From NCBI GenBank assembly GCA_050250695.1, contig JBFWOE010000005.1, positions 1 through 63,252 of the forward strand: a stretch of DNA of 63,252 bases, written 5' to 3'. Shown one piece after another: positions 18,312-28,676 of this stretch. Source of the DNA: Burkholderiales bacterium. GTDB taxonomy: Bacteria; Pseudomonadota; Gammaproteobacteria; Burkholderiales; SG8-41. The notes below the pieces were generated by a model. The model was not told the DNA's origin. It did no database searches and saw nothing but the letters and a program-made list of their open reading frames with translations. Within the stretch, counting starts at the first letter, position 1. Each line of letters opens with the position of its first letter. Made by a program: the position numbers and the translations under genes.

Positions 18312-19988
18312 ATGGAAAAGCTGGAAGTCGTGAGCCCGGCAGGACTGGCAGCGGTGGCCGCGTCGGGTGCCGCCCCCAGGCTTGCCGATCTCGATGGCAA
18401 AACGGTCGGCGAGTTCTGGAACGGCGTATTCAAGGGCGACATTACTTTTCCCGTCATCCGCAGGCTGCTGCAGTCGCGGTATCCGCATCTGCGGATCATT
18501 CCCTATACCGAATTCCCGCACGCCCATGGCAGCGACAATCCGGCGGAGCAGCGCGAGCGGGCCAGGCGCCTCGCCGCGCTGGCGAAGGAGAAAGGCTGCG
18601 ATGCGGTGATCTCCGGCAACGGGGCCTGAGGGACCTGCGCCCCGGCCGCGGCGCGGCCGGCATTCGAGGCTGAAAAAACCGGCGTCCCTGCAGTCGTGGT
18701 GACGACCACGGGCTTTTCCCCGCTGGCGCGTTTCACCGGCAAGGCGGGCGGGGTCGAGGATCTGCGCATCGCGGAATATCCGGGCCCCCTGGGCATACAC
18801 GACAGCGACCTGATTGCCCGCAATATCGAAGGCACGCTGATCCCGCAGATCGTTGAAGGCCTTACCCGCGCCGGCGCAGGCCCTGCCACGGGCGCGGCGG
18901 CGTGCAATGCGCAGGACAGCGTGTTTGCGGGGACCGCGGACGAAATCAACCGCCATTTCATCGACCGTGAGTGGAGTGACGGACTGCCCGTGGTTCCGCC
19001 GACGCCGGCGCGGATCGAACAGTGTCTCGCCCGCACCCGTCATGCGCCCGACGAAGTGATCGCCGTGCTGCCCCCCGCCAACCTTCAGGCCACGCCGCGC
19101 AACATCGCGGCCAACCTGGTGATGGCCGGCGGCGCGCCGGAGCACATGCCGCTGATGATTGCGGCGGTGCAGGCGCTGGGCGACGAACGCTGCAGCCTCA
19201 ACAACCTCGGCAGTTCATCCGGGATCATCCCCTACGTGCTGGCCAGCGGTCCGATCGTGCGGCAACTCGGCATCCAGCACGGTCCGCAGATGATCTCCCG
19301 GCCGCCGAATCCCGCCATCGGGCGCGCGGTCGGCCTGATCGTGAGGAACATCGCGGGTTTCCGTCCCGGCGCGAGCTACATGGGCACTTTCGGTTATCCG
19401 CTGGCATTTGCGTTTGCCGAGAGTCCCGATACCCCGTGGGAACCGTTCCACGTGAGCCAGGGCCTGGCCGCGGAAAGCAGCGCGGTGACCATCGGCGTCA
19501 CCAACAACTGGGGTTCATCGCCTGCGCCGTACGACACGCCCGACAAGGACGGCGCGCAGGTGGCGCTGGAGCTGCTGTGCCGAGAAGTCGTCAAGAAGAC
19601 GCGGCTGTTCAACTTCCCGGCAATCGGGCCGGATGCCGAACACGTGATGGTGACCATGCTGCTGTCGCCGCCGGTTGCGAAATCGCTGGCTGACGCCGGT
19701 TATTCGAAGGCCGACGTGCAGCGTTACATCCATGAACATGCGCGCATGCCGCTGCGCGATTTCGAATGGGTGCTCAAGTACACCGCCATCCTCCGCACGA
19801 CCCTGCAGGCAGAGGTCGAAAAGGGGATATATCCGCGGGAATTCCTCGGCGCGCCGGACGACATGGTCCGCGTGCTCTCGAGCCCGGACGTCGTGCACCT
19901 CGTCGTCTGCGGCGATCCCCACCGCAACCGGGTCATGGTCATGGAAGGCGGGCATACCCGGCCGACGACCCGGGTGGTGACGGGCTGA
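18312..19988 (+). CDS. UGSC-family protein, predicted selenoprotein (U-G-T-C; Sec106 encoded by TGA 18627-18629), 558 aa
   Basis: ORFs 18312-18629 and 18696-19988 are in one frame, joined by TGA GGG ACC TGC GCC CCG..., giving CDAVISGNGA-U-GTCAPAAARPAFEAEKTGVPAVVV. C-terminal domain has WSDGLPVVPPT; perfect hairpin after the TGA. Confidence 0.88.
18642..18660 (+). promoter_or_regulatory. candidate bacterial SECIS hairpin (UGSC-family gene)
   Basis: CCGGCCGC-GGC-GCGGCCGG: 8-bp perfect stem starting +13 after the TGA, loop G at +21. Confidence 0.72.
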
Positions 19989-20127
19989 TCGATCCTGTTC
20001 CGGTCTGTCTTCAGGAAGGACAGGCGCACCTCGTGATGAGCGGAGCGGTCAATTTCTGGCCGTACCCGGCAATGCGCGCTAAGATGGTTGCCCGGGGCGG
20101 TTCTGCCCGGCCTGTTCAGGGGGGCGC

Positions 20128-20331
20128 ATGGAAACACTCTACAAATGGCGGGTGCAGGAAAAAGACAGGCGCGGACGCCTGCGCTGGCGCCTGGTCAAGA
20201 CGCCGATGACGGAGGAGACCGCACGTTTCTGGGCAGCCAACAACCAGCGCGTCATAGAACGCATAGATGCGCCGGCGGCGGCACAAGGCATCGTCGGCGT
20301 GCCTGTGCAGGAGCGGCGGACCACGCAGTAA
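20128..20331 (+). CDS. small hypothetical protein
   Basis: 67-aa ORF filling the intergenic gap, G-rich upstream; family not recognised. Confidence 0.45.
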   Translation: METLYKWRVQEKDRRGRLRWRLVKTPMTEETARFWAANNQRVIERIDAPAAAQGIVGVPVQERRTTQ

Positions 20332-20518
20332 GCGCGTGGCTTCCTTGCCCGTTTCCGCAAGTTTTACTGTGGGAACATTAATAATATAAATAAAAACAAC
20401 AACTTGCATTGCATGTGCGATGTCAACGCCATGTCCGTTGACGCCGCAACGCGTTGCCCCGATGCTGATGGCGCGGTTGCATCATCCACGCGCTTCACCC
20501 ACGCATGAGGCAGACATC

Positions 20519-21685
20519 GTGAACAGAATAATTCCGGCTGCCGTCACCGCGCTGTTGGCCACTGCCGCCGTTGCCGCCGCGCTCGACGAATTCCGCGCAC
20601 CGGCCAGGCAGCGCGATGTGCCGGCAAGTTACTGGGAAGAACCCTACGTCGGCGTCACAGGCAACGGCCGGGTGGTGCCCGGCCTGTTCAGGCTTGCGCA
20701 GACCGGCGTGTCGACCGCACCGGTGCAGCAGGCCGCCGCTGCGTTTCTTGCCAGCCTTGACGACACGCAGCGCAAAAAAACCCTGTTTCCGGTCACCGAT
20801 GACGAATGGCGGCGCTGGGACAACCGCCATTTCCCGACGCGTCAGGGCACGGGTTTTTTCGAGATGAACGTGGTGCAGCGCGCGCTGGCCATTGAACTGA
20901 TGCGCGCCAGCCTCAGCGCCAAGGGGCTGCAGCAGACCCGCGACGTGATGAACCTCAACGGCACGCTCGCCGAACTCACCGGCAGGTTTGATGAATACGG
21001 CGAATGGTTCTACTGGATCAGCATCATGGGCGAGCCGTCGGCGACGCAGCCCTGGGGCTGGCAGCTCGACGGCCACCACGCGATCATCAATTATTTCGTG
21101 CTCGGCGACCAGGTGGTGATGACGCCGGTGTTCATGGGCTCGGAGCCGGTGAAGGCCGGCAGCGGGCGTTTCAGGGGCACCGAAATCATGCAGGCCGAGC
21201 AGGACAGGGGCCTGGCGCTGATGCGGTCGCTCAACGCGGCCCAGCAATCGGCGGCGCGCATCCGCAACGACAAAAGCGGCAGCGACCTGCTCGCCGACGC
21301 CTACAAGGACAATCTGGTGCTCGACTACGCCGGCATCCGCGCCACGGCGCTGAACACCGCGCAGCAGGCGCAGTTGCTCGGCATCATCGCCGAATACGTC
21401 AACAACATGAAGGAAGGCCACGCCAGGGTGAAGATGGCGGAAGTGCGCAAACACCTGGACGACACGTACTTCGGCTGGATCGGCGGCACCGGACCCGATG
21501 CGGTTTTTTATTACCGAATCCACAGCCCGGTGATCCTCATCGAATTCGACCACCAGCGGCCGATTGCCCTGGAGCGTTCAGGAAAACCGACGCGCAACCA
21601 CATCCACACCGTGGTGCGCACGCCCAACGGCAATGACTACGGCAAGGACCTGCTGCGGCAGCACCACCTCAAACACCGGCACTGA
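20519..21685 (+). CDS. DUF3500 domain secreted protein
   Basis: Signal peptide; [41 protein letters not shown]. Confidence 0.88.
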   Translation: MNRIIPAAVTALLATAAVAAALDEFRAPARQRDVPASYWEEPYVGVTGNGRVVPGLFRLAQTGVSTAPVQQAAAAFLASLDDTQRKKTLFPVTDDEWRRWDNRHFPTRQGTGFFEMNVVQRALAIELMRASLSAKGLQQTRDVMNLNGTLAELTGRFDEYGEWFYWISIMGEPSATQPWGWQLDGHHAIINYFVLGDQVVMTPVFMGSEPVKAGSGRFRGTEIMQAEQDRGLALMRSLNAAQQSAARIRNDKSGSDLLADAYKDNLVLDYAGIRATALNTAQQAQLLGIIAEYVNNMKEGHARVKMAEVRKHLDDTYFGWIGGTGPDAVFYYRIHSPVILIEFDHQRPIALERSGKPTRNHIHTVVRTPNGNDYGKDLLRQHHLKHRH

Positions 21686-21782
21686 GCTGAGCCGGCCACC
21701 GCGCAACGTGGCCCGGCCGTCGGCGCTAAGCCCTTGACACACCAGGCATTCGGCGCAGATAGTATGCCTGTATGACACTTGT

Positions 21783-22604
21783 GTGACGGCTGTGCGGCAC
21801 CGTGCCGCACGGGTTTTCTGGGCAGGAGGTTGCGCCACGAAACACCTGCTGTACGTCATCCTGATCGCCATTCCCGGGTTTGCGGGGGGGCAGCCGCTGC
21901 TGGATTTCCGCACCGACCTGGCCTTTGATGCGAACACGGTGGCAGCGGTGGCCGATCGAACCTACCGCGCGCGCCTGCAGGCACTGGCCGCGGACGGACG
22001 CCTGGACCGGGATCCGGCACTGCTCGCCCGCCTGCGCACCCTCGTCGAGAAACTGCAGCCGGCGATCCGCTACGAACGCCCGGATGTCGCCGCAATCGAT
22101 TGGGAAATCCATACCTGCCGGCGCTGCGGTGAGAATGCCTCGGCCATGGCCGGGGGCAAACTGCTGGTCGGCGAAGAATTCATCGCCGGACTGGCATTCA
22201 CCGATGACGAACTCGGATACGTGCTGGCGCACGAGGTGGCGCACGTGCTCGCCGAACACACGCGCGAATTTGCGACAGCCGCGCGGTTTTTCGTGGACCA
22301 CGGCCGCTACCGGCACTACGAAGACATCCAGAACGAACTCGACGAAAGTTTTGTCGTCAACCTGCGCATGGCACCGGTCTACGCGCTGCAGGAACTCGAA
22401 GCCGACTACATCGGATACATCCTCGGCGCGCGCAGCGGATTCCAGCCCGAGGCCATGTTGCGGATGATGCGCAAGATGCTTGCCGACGGACCCCAGGGGT
22501 TTTCGCGGCATCCGGACGCAGGCGAACGGATCAGGCGCCTGGAAGCGATGCTGCAGGCCGCTCATCGCATCCGCGACATGCATTTTCCTGCACGCGGACG
22601 CTGA
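21783..22604 (+). CDS. M48 family metallopeptidase
   Basis: NASAMAGG, LAHEVAH, ELEADYIG, HP...RI; start uncertain. Confidence 0.85.
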   Translation: MTAVRHRAARVFWAGGCATKHLLYVILIAIPGFAGGQPLLDFRTDLAFDANTVAAVADRTYRARLQALAADGRLDRDPALLARLRTLVEKLQPAIRYERPDVAAIDWEIHTCRRCGENASAMAGGKLLVGEEFIAGLAFTDDELGYVLAHEVAHVLAEHTREFATAARFFVDHGRYRHYEDIQNELDESFVVNLRMAPVYALQELEADYIGYILGARSGFQPEAMLRMMRKMLADGPQGFSRHPDAGERIRRLEAMLQAAHRIRDMHFPARGR

Positions 22605-22614
22605 ATCCGCTCCG

Positions 22615-23061
22615 TCAAGCCTTCGCCCGCGAACGCGCGAGCATGCACTGGGTATTGTGCACGTGCAGCAGGTGCGCGATCTTGCGCACGAAATGATCCT
22701 CGTAGGGATCGAGCGGATGGTGGGCGTAGGCGATGTGCCACAGGTGCTCGATCAGCGCCACGCGCTGCGCCATCGAAAAATCGCGCTTGATCACCGCCAC
22801 CTGCGCATAGTACGAGGTGAGCTGTCCGCCCTTGCCACGGGCTTCGTTGAGCAGAGCCGAACATTCCGCGGAGCCGAGTCCGCAGAGGTCGGCCAGCGCG
22901 CGTTCCGCCGCTGCATATTCCGCAGGGTGTGATTCGAGATCGACGCGCGTGGATTCGTGAAGCAGTGCGGCGATAGCGAGCTGCAGGTGGCGGCGTTCGA
23001 ATCCGGGTCTGGCATCCTCGCCGCCGGCATCGTCGAACAGGCGTTTCAGGGTTCTGAACAT
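22615..23061 (-). CDS. TerB family protein
   Basis: LQLAIAALL, LWHIAYA...YEDHFVRKIAHLL. Confidence 0.82.
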   Translation of the reverse strand: MFRTLKRLFDDAGGEDARPGFERRHLQLAIAALLHESTRVDLESHPAEYAAAERALADLCGLGSAECSALLNEARGKGGQLTSYYAQVAVIKRDFSMAQRVALIEHLWHIAYAHHPLDPYEDHFVRKIAHLLHVHNTQCMLARSRAKA

Positions 23062-23274
23062 GATGATCGAGCGTCATTGTAATCATTGATGAACCGGTCC
23101 GGCGCTGCAGGGCGCCGAAATTCCCGCAGGAGATTCATTTTTCCGTTCACGCGTCGTTCCTGTAACGAATGTTTACAAAATGCCGTGCAACGCGGCTGCA
23201 CCTGCCGCGTTCTCAGGAACAGGGCCGGCTTTTCCAGACGGACCCGCAACCGACAAACCTGACGGAGAGACCAA

Positions 23275-23793
23275 ATGAACAGACTGATACTGGGTACATT
23301 GATTGCAGCCGGAATCGCCGCTGCCGTGCCTTCGGCCATGGCGCAGCCGGCCGAACCGGCGCAGGGCCGCCAGGCGCAACGCCACGATCACGGCAAACAG
23401 GCGTTCCGCCTGCCCGGTGAGCGCGTCGAAGCGCGCCTGGCCTACATCAAGACGGCGCTGAAAATCACCGATGCGCAGCAGGCGCAATGGGACGCCTTCG
23501 CCGGTGTGATGCGCAGGCAGGCCGCCGAGGCCGATGCACGGATCAAGGCGCACCGCGAAAAAATGGCCGCGGGCGGCGAGCACAAGCGCCCGAACGCGAT
23601 TGAACGGCTGGAGCGCCGCCAGGCGTTCATGGCTACGGCGTCGAAGCGCATCGGTGAACGGCTTGCCGTGCAGAAACCGCTTTACGCGGCTCTGTCGCCC
23701 GAGCAGCAGCAGGTCGCCGACCGCCTGTTCGCGGGGCGCGGCGGCAAACACGGCGGCCGCGGCGGCCGTCATGGCGGGCAAGGCAGGGCTTAG
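23275..23793 (+). CDS. Spy/CpxP family (LTXXQ) periplasmic chaperone
   Basis: Signal peptide; LKITDAQQAQWDAFA; LYAALSPEQQQVADRL. Confidence 0.88.
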   Translation: MNRLILGTLIAAGIAAAVPSAMAQPAEPAQGRQAQRHDHGKQAFRLPGERVEARLAYIKTALKITDAQQAQWDAFAGVMRRQAAEADARIKAHREKMAAGGEHKRPNAIERLERRQAFMATASKRIGERLAVQKPLYAALSPEQQQVADRLFAGRGGKHGGRGGRHGGQGRA

Positions 23794-23811
23794 ATCTGCT
23801 GTCGTCTTAAG

Positions 23812-23841
23812 GCGGGGTCGGCGCAGGCCGGCCCCGTTTTT
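23812..23841 (+). terminator. intrinsic terminator
   Basis: CGGGGTCGGC-GCAG-GCCGGCCCCG followed by TTTTT. Confidence 0.7.
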
Positions 23842-23937
23842 CCGGCACTAACAAACTCTTACAAACAAACAGGAGACGCACGCCTCCCGCTGCATGTCCA
23901 ATAGGCAAAAGCAAACCATAGCAAGGAGGAAGCGATC

Positions 23938-24147
23938 ATGAACATCCCGCTCAAGGCAGCACTCGTCGCATCGGCGCTGGTGACGCTCGGCGGTTGCGTT
24001 GCGGTGCCGGCCCATCCGGTGCACTACGAACCGGCGCCGGTGTACTACGGTTATCCGGCGTATTACGGACCTTCCATCAGTCTCGGCATCCACGGCGGTC
24101 GCCACGGGCATTATCACGGCGGACGGCGCGGCCACCGGCACCGCTGA
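23938..24147 (+). CDS. small Tyr/Pro/His-rich lipoprotein
   Basis: Lipobox LGGC; AGGAGG RBS. Confidence 0.75.
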   Translation: MNIPLKAALVASALVTLGGCVAVPAHPVHYEPAPVYYGYPAYYGPSISLGIHGGRHGHYHGGRRGHRHR

Positions 24148-24193
24148 GCGCGGGCCACGAATGCGAGGCTGAACCTTGAAAGGAGCACGGACC

Positions 24194-25144
24194 ATGCGCT
24201 ATGCACTTATTGCATTGTCGCTGCTGTTCGGCACCGCGACACCGGCAGCTGCCGGCGTTGGCGTTTCGATCAGCGGCGTGAGCATCGGCATTCACGTGCC
24301 GGCATACCCGGTACTGGTGCCGGTGCCCGGCTACCCGGTGTATTACGCACCGCAGGTCCACGCCAACTATTTTTTCTACGACGGCTACTACTGGCTCTAC
24401 CACGATGACAGCTGGTACGTCAGCGACTGGTACAACGGCCCGTGGGATCGGGTCGGTCCGGACGATGTGCCGCTGTTCGTGCTGCGCGTGCCGGTGCGTT
24501 ACTATCCCGCGCCGCCGCTGTTCTTCCACGGCTGGTACCTGGATGCGCCGCCGCTGTGGCATGTCCACTGGGGCCATCGCTGGACGCGGCACTACCATGG
24601 CTGGGAGCGCTGGGATCCTCGCGTGGTGTACGCGCCCGCGCCGCTGCCGTATTACCAGCGCCACTATGCCGGCGCGCATTACCCGCGCGGCGAACACCGC
24701 CGGCTGATCCGTCGCGAGCATTACCGTTACCGTCCGCACGACATCGCGGTGCGCCGGCATGACCAGCAGCGCGCGCCGCAACCCGCGAGACGCGAACACG
24801 AAACTTTTTCCTCGCAGCCGCGGCAGCAGGTCGCTCCCCGTTACAACAGTCCGGCCGTGTCGCAGCAAAGGCTGCAGTCGCGGCAGGAAACGGAGCGTCG
24901 CAGCCAGGCGTTTTCGCAACCGCAACCACGAACGCAACCACGAACGCAACCGCAGCGTCAGCCACGGCCCCAGGTCGCCGCTGCGGTCCGGCCCCGGGGC
25001 GAAGCGATGCAGCGGCCGCCCGCGATGGACGGGCTGCGCAGCCATGTCCACACGGCTGCAGGCGCACTCAACGGCAATGATTACGACAGGGGACGGTTAC
25101 GGCAGCGACATGCTGGGCATGAGCGCGCAGGGAAGCGCCATTGA
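24194..25144 (+). CDS. secreted Tyr/Trp/Pro-rich protein with a low-complexity Gln/Arg tail
   Basis: Signal peptide; VPGYPVYYAP..YFFYDGYYW..YNGPW; AAGGAG RBS; 12-bp GCAACCACGAAC repeats near 24920-24950. Confidence 0.7.
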   Translation: MRYALIALSLLFGTATPAAAGVGVSISGVSIGIHVPAYPVLVPVPGYPVYYAPQVHANYFFYDGYYWLYHDDSWYVSDWYNGPWDRVGPDDVPLFVLRVPVRYYPAPPLFFHGWYLDAPPLWHVHWGHRWTRHYHGWERWDPRVVYAPAPLPYYQRHYAGAHYPRGEHRRLIRREHYRYRPHDIAVRRHDQQRAPQPARREHETFSSQPRQQVAPRYNSPAVSQQRLQSRQETERRSQAFSQPQPRTQPRTQPQRQPRPQVAAAVRPRGEAMQRPPAMDGLRSHVHTAAGALNGNDYDRGRLRQRHAGHERAGKRH

Positions 25145-25175
25145 TCTGCAGCGCATGCGGGCCTTGCGGGTTGAG

Positions 25176-26141
25176 TTATTGCGGGCTGATTTTTTCGTCG
25201 CGGATGACCTTGGTCCAGCGCGTGATTTCAGCGGCCACGAAGCGCTGGGCTTCATCCGGGGTGGAAGGCGTAACCTCCGCTCCAAGCTGGGTCAGCTTTC
25301 CGGAAACAGCGGGCTGTCGCAGGGCTGATGTCACCACGCCGTTCAGCCGCTTGACCATGCCGGCGCTCAAACCCTTGGGCGCGGCAACCGCATACCACCC
25401 GCGGACGTCAAAGCCGGGGATGGTCTCGGCTATGGTCGGGGTATCCGGCCAGAAGCTGGCGCGTTTTCCCGTCGTAATCGCCAGCACACGCATTTTGCCG
25501 CTGGCCAGATGGGGTGCCACGCCGGCAGGGGTATTGAAAATGACCGGAATTTCACCGGCGAGCAATGCCATCGGCGCCGAACTGCCCCCTTTGTAAGGGA
25601 TGTGGTTCAACTGGATGCCGGCACGGGACTGGAACAGCACCGATGCCAGGTGCATGCCGGTGCCGACGCCACCGGTGCCGTAGTTGATCGCTCCTGGCTT
25701 GTCCTTGCCCATGCGGATCAGATCCGCGACCGACCGCGCCTGAAATTGCGGTGCTGTGGCCATCACGAAAGGCGTGGCTGCGGCCATTGAAATGACCGTG
25801 AAGTCTTTTGCGGCGTCGTAGGGGAGCTTTTTGTAAAGGCCCACTGACGTGGCATGCCCGGAGGCCATCAGGAACAGGGTGTAACCATCCGGTTCGCCGC
25901 GGGCGACGATGGCGGCGCCCACCGTGCCGCCGGCACCGGGGCGCCCGTCAACGACGACCTGCTGACCCAGGGTCTCGGACATCGAACCCGCCAGCAGCCG
26001 GGCGGTGATGTCGACGGAACCTCCCGAGGTGAAACCATGCACCATGCGTATGGGTTTGACTGGCCAGGTCTGGGCATGCGCGCCGCTGATGGCTTCGGAA
26101 AGGAACAGCAGCGCCAGGATTGGGAATATTCCGGTTTTCAT
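25176..26141 (-). CDS. Bug/TctC substrate-binding protein
   Basis: WPVKPIRMV, RPGAGG, HIPYKG. Confidence 0.92.
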   Translation of the reverse strand: MKTGIFPILALLFLSEAISGAHAQTWPVKPIRMVHGFTSGGSVDITARLLAGSMSETLGQQVVVDGRPGAGGTVGAAIVARGEPDGYTLFLMASGHATSVGLYKKLPYDAAKDFTVISMAAATPFVMATAPQFQARSVADLIRMGKDKPGAINYGTGGVGTGMHLASVLFQSRAGIQLNHIPYKGGSSAPMALLAGEIPVIFNTPAGVAPHLASGKMRVLAITTGKRASFWPDTPTIAETIPGFDVRGWYAVAAPKGLSAGMVKRLNGVVTSALRQPAVSGKLTQLGAEVTPSTPDEAQRFVAAEITRWTKVIRDEKISPQ

Positions 26142-26184
26142 GCGGCAACCTCCTTGTGAATCCTTGGTTGAACTTTTACATGTT

Positions 26185-27594
26185 TCAGGCGCGCGGTCCC
26201 GGAGCGACAGGTTTGTACTGATAACTGGCATCGCGCATGATGCGCTGGCGTGAAGCCAGTAACGCCTGCTGCTGCTGCGCGAGTCTGTCCCCGGGGTAGA
26301 GCAGTTTCCCGTTGCGCTTTACCGGCTCACCGGCAATCATCACCGTGTCGATGTCGGCTGATTCCGCATACATGACCACCGCGTGAACCGGATCGCCGCC
26401 GGGCAGCACCGGATAGACATTCATGCTGCGGGCATTGATCATCACCAGATCGGCCTGCTTGCCGGGGGTGATCGAGCCGATCTTCTTGTCCATGCCGAGC
26501 ATGGCTGCGCCGCCCATGGTGGCCCACCTCAGAGCGTCGCGCGTCTGTGTTGCATGCTCGCTGTCCACGGCGGGCCAGCGCCCCAGGGCATGCAATGAAC
26601 GGTTGTCGATTTCGCGCTGGTGCTGGAAGGCATGGCGCATGACCCACATCATCGAGCCGTTGAAATAGGGGTCGCAATCGGAGCCCAGAGACGGCATGTG
26701 ACCCAGTTTCAGCAGGCGGCCCAGCATCGCGACACGTTCGCTGTTGAACATTTCCGTGAGGTTGGTGGCAGAGATCGTGCAGCCGGCATCCAGAACCATC
26801 TTGAGTTCGTCATCCTCCAGGCAGTTGCCGTGCGCGATGTTGTGATCGGGTCCGAGCAGTCCTTCCTTTGCCAGCCGCCACATGCCGTCTTCGAGTTTGC
26901 GCTGGCCCTTACGCGCCCAGGTGTGCGCGCTGTTGATCAGGCCGTATTCCCTTGCCAGCCTGATGTCCTGGACGCAGACATCGTAGGTGGCGTAGTCCGG
27001 TCCCAGAGTTGCCATGGCCAGGGTGACCAGCCGGTCGTCCGTGGCGAATTTTCCGGTTCGAAGGCGGTGAATTTCTTCGCGTGGGAACGGAATTTCGTAG
27101 TAAGGGGTCTGGCCTTCAACGACCGGAGGTTTGACGGTGCCACGGGCAAAAACCGCGCGGATGCCGGATTCTTCCAGCCCTTCGATGGCGGCATCGGTCA
27201 TTTCCGAATCGCGCACGATATGACACCAGTCAAAGATGGTGGTGGCCCCGTGATTGATCTGGTTCAGCGCGCCGAGCAGGTTGGCGACGCGTACATCTTC
27301 CGGTTTGTAGTGCATCGCCATTTTGCGATGCATGTTGCCGTGATAATCCCGTTTGCTGACCCAGTTGGCGCCGATGCCGCGCAGCGGAAATTCCCAGGTG
27401 TGGATATGGGCATTGACCAGCCCCGGAATGACGATCATGTTGCCTGCGTCGATGGTTTCCGCAGCGTCGGCATGGATGTTTTTCGCGACTTCAAGGATTT
27501 TCGCGCCTTCGATCAGTATGTCTCCGCCTTCCAGGTCACCGATTGCCGGATCGAGACTGATCACGGTGGCGTTTTTGATCAGCTTGCGTTTCAT
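26185..27594 (-). CDS. amidohydrolase family (AtzA/MtaD-like deaminase)
   Basis: PGLVNAHIHTWE, SLGSD, ATMGGA..LG..IGSITPGKQADLV. Confidence 0.9.
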   Translation of the reverse strand: MKRKLIKNATVISLDPAIGDLEGGDILIEGAKILEVAKNIHADAAETIDAGNMIVIPGLVNAHIHTWEFPLRGIGANWVSKRDYHGNMHRKMAMHYKPEDVRVANLLGALNQINHGATTIFDWCHIVRDSEMTDAAIEGLEESGIRAVFARGTVKPPVVEGQTPYYEIPFPREEIHRLRTGKFATDDRLVTLAMATLGPDYATYDVCVQDIRLAREYGLINSAHTWARKGQRKLEDGMWRLAKEGLLGPDHNIAHGNCLEDDELKMVLDAGCTISATNLTEMFNSERVAMLGRLLKLGHMPSLGSDCDPYFNGSMMWVMRHAFQHQREIDNRSLHALGRWPAVDSEHATQTRDALRWATMGGAAMLGMDKKIGSITPGKQADLVMINARSMNVYPVLPGGDPVHAVVMYAESADIDTVMIAGEPVKRNGKLLYPGDRLAQQQQALLASRQRIMRDASYQYKPVAPGPRA

Positions 27595-27731
27595 GTCTAT
27601 CCCCCTGATGTTCAATACGTCCGCCTGACAGATGGCGCCGCGCTCGTTGCCGATATGGCACGATCACATTTTCCGAAAGCAAAATAAATGCTAAATTAAT
27701 AAAATCAGTTTTTCCCGCGAAGAAATAATAA

Positions 27732-28643
27732 ATGGATCGCCTGCTGGCCATGAATGTGTTCCGCAAAGTGGTGGAGCTGCGGAGTTTTTCCTCGGCCGCA
27801 GGCCAGCTGGGCATGTCGAATGCCTCGGTCAGCAAGCACCTGGTTGCGCTGGAGAACCACCTTGGGACCCAGCTGCTGATGAGGACGACACGACGGATGA
27901 GCCTGACCGAGCAGGGGCGCAGCTATTACGAGCAATGCAGCCGCATCCTCGATGAAATCGACGATGCTGAAGCCGGTGCAGGTGAGTACCGCGCAGCACC
28001 CCGCGGGCTGCTGAAGGTACGCGCGCCGTTGTCCCTGGGGGCCGCCCATCTGGGGAAAATCGTTTCCACATTTCTGGGGCAGTATCCGGAAGTCAGCGTG
28101 GACGTGACCCTGAATGACCGGTTTACCGATCCTGTCGAGGAGGGTTACGATGTCGCGCTGCGCATTGCATCGGCCCTGCCGGATTCCAGCCTGGTTGCAC
28201 GACCGATTGCCAGGATGAAGCGCATCCTGTGCGCCGCCCCCGGCTACCTGCGGCGATCCGGAGAGCCCGCCATCCCTGCGGATCTGAAGCGTCACAACTG
28301 CCTCATCTATACCCGGGGCGACACCCCCGATGAGTGGAGGTTTGACGGGCCGGAAGGCAAACGGGTCGCCCGGGTCCGGGGCAATTACCGCTGCAATAAC
28401 GGCATCGTTCTGCGCGAAGCCCTGCTTGAAGGATCGGGAATCGGATTGTTGCCGGCATTTCTCGTGGCCTCCGACATTGCCGAGGGATTGTTGAAGCCCC
28501 TGATGCAGGACCATGTCGCCGAGCCGCGTGTGCTCTATGCCGTGTTCCAGCACAGGCGGCATCCATTGCTCAAGGTCAAGGTATTCGTGGATTTTCTCGA
28601 GCAGCAACTTGCTGCCGATCCCGAACGCTGGCTGGGCAGCTGA
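27732..28643 (+). CDS. LysR family transcriptional regulator (CrgA-like)
   Basis: SFSSAAGQLG..VSKHLVALE..LG.QLL.RTTR; divergent from the amidohydrolase. Confidence 0.95.
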   Translation: MDRLLAMNVFRKVVELRSFSSAAGQLGMSNASVSKHLVALENHLGTQLLMRTTRRMSLTEQGRSYYEQCSRILDEIDDAEAGAGEYRAAPRGLLKVRAPLSLGAAHLGKIVSTFLGQYPEVSVDVTLNDRFTDPVEEGYDVALRIASALPDSSLVARPIARMKRILCAAPGYLRRSGEPAIPADLKRHNCLIYTRGDTPDEWRFDGPEGKRVARVRGNYRCNNGIVLREALLEGSGIGLLPAFLVASDIAEGLLKPLMQDHVAEPRVLYAVFQHRRHPLLKVKVFVDFLEQQLAADPERWLGS

Positions 28644-28676
28644 TCAAGCGCCCGGATATCTGGGGAGGACAAACTT

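Noticed and set aside
24915-24955. Short tandem repeats (GCAACCACGAAC)
   Set aside because: In-frame coding repeat (QPRT) with no spacers; not a CRISPR array.
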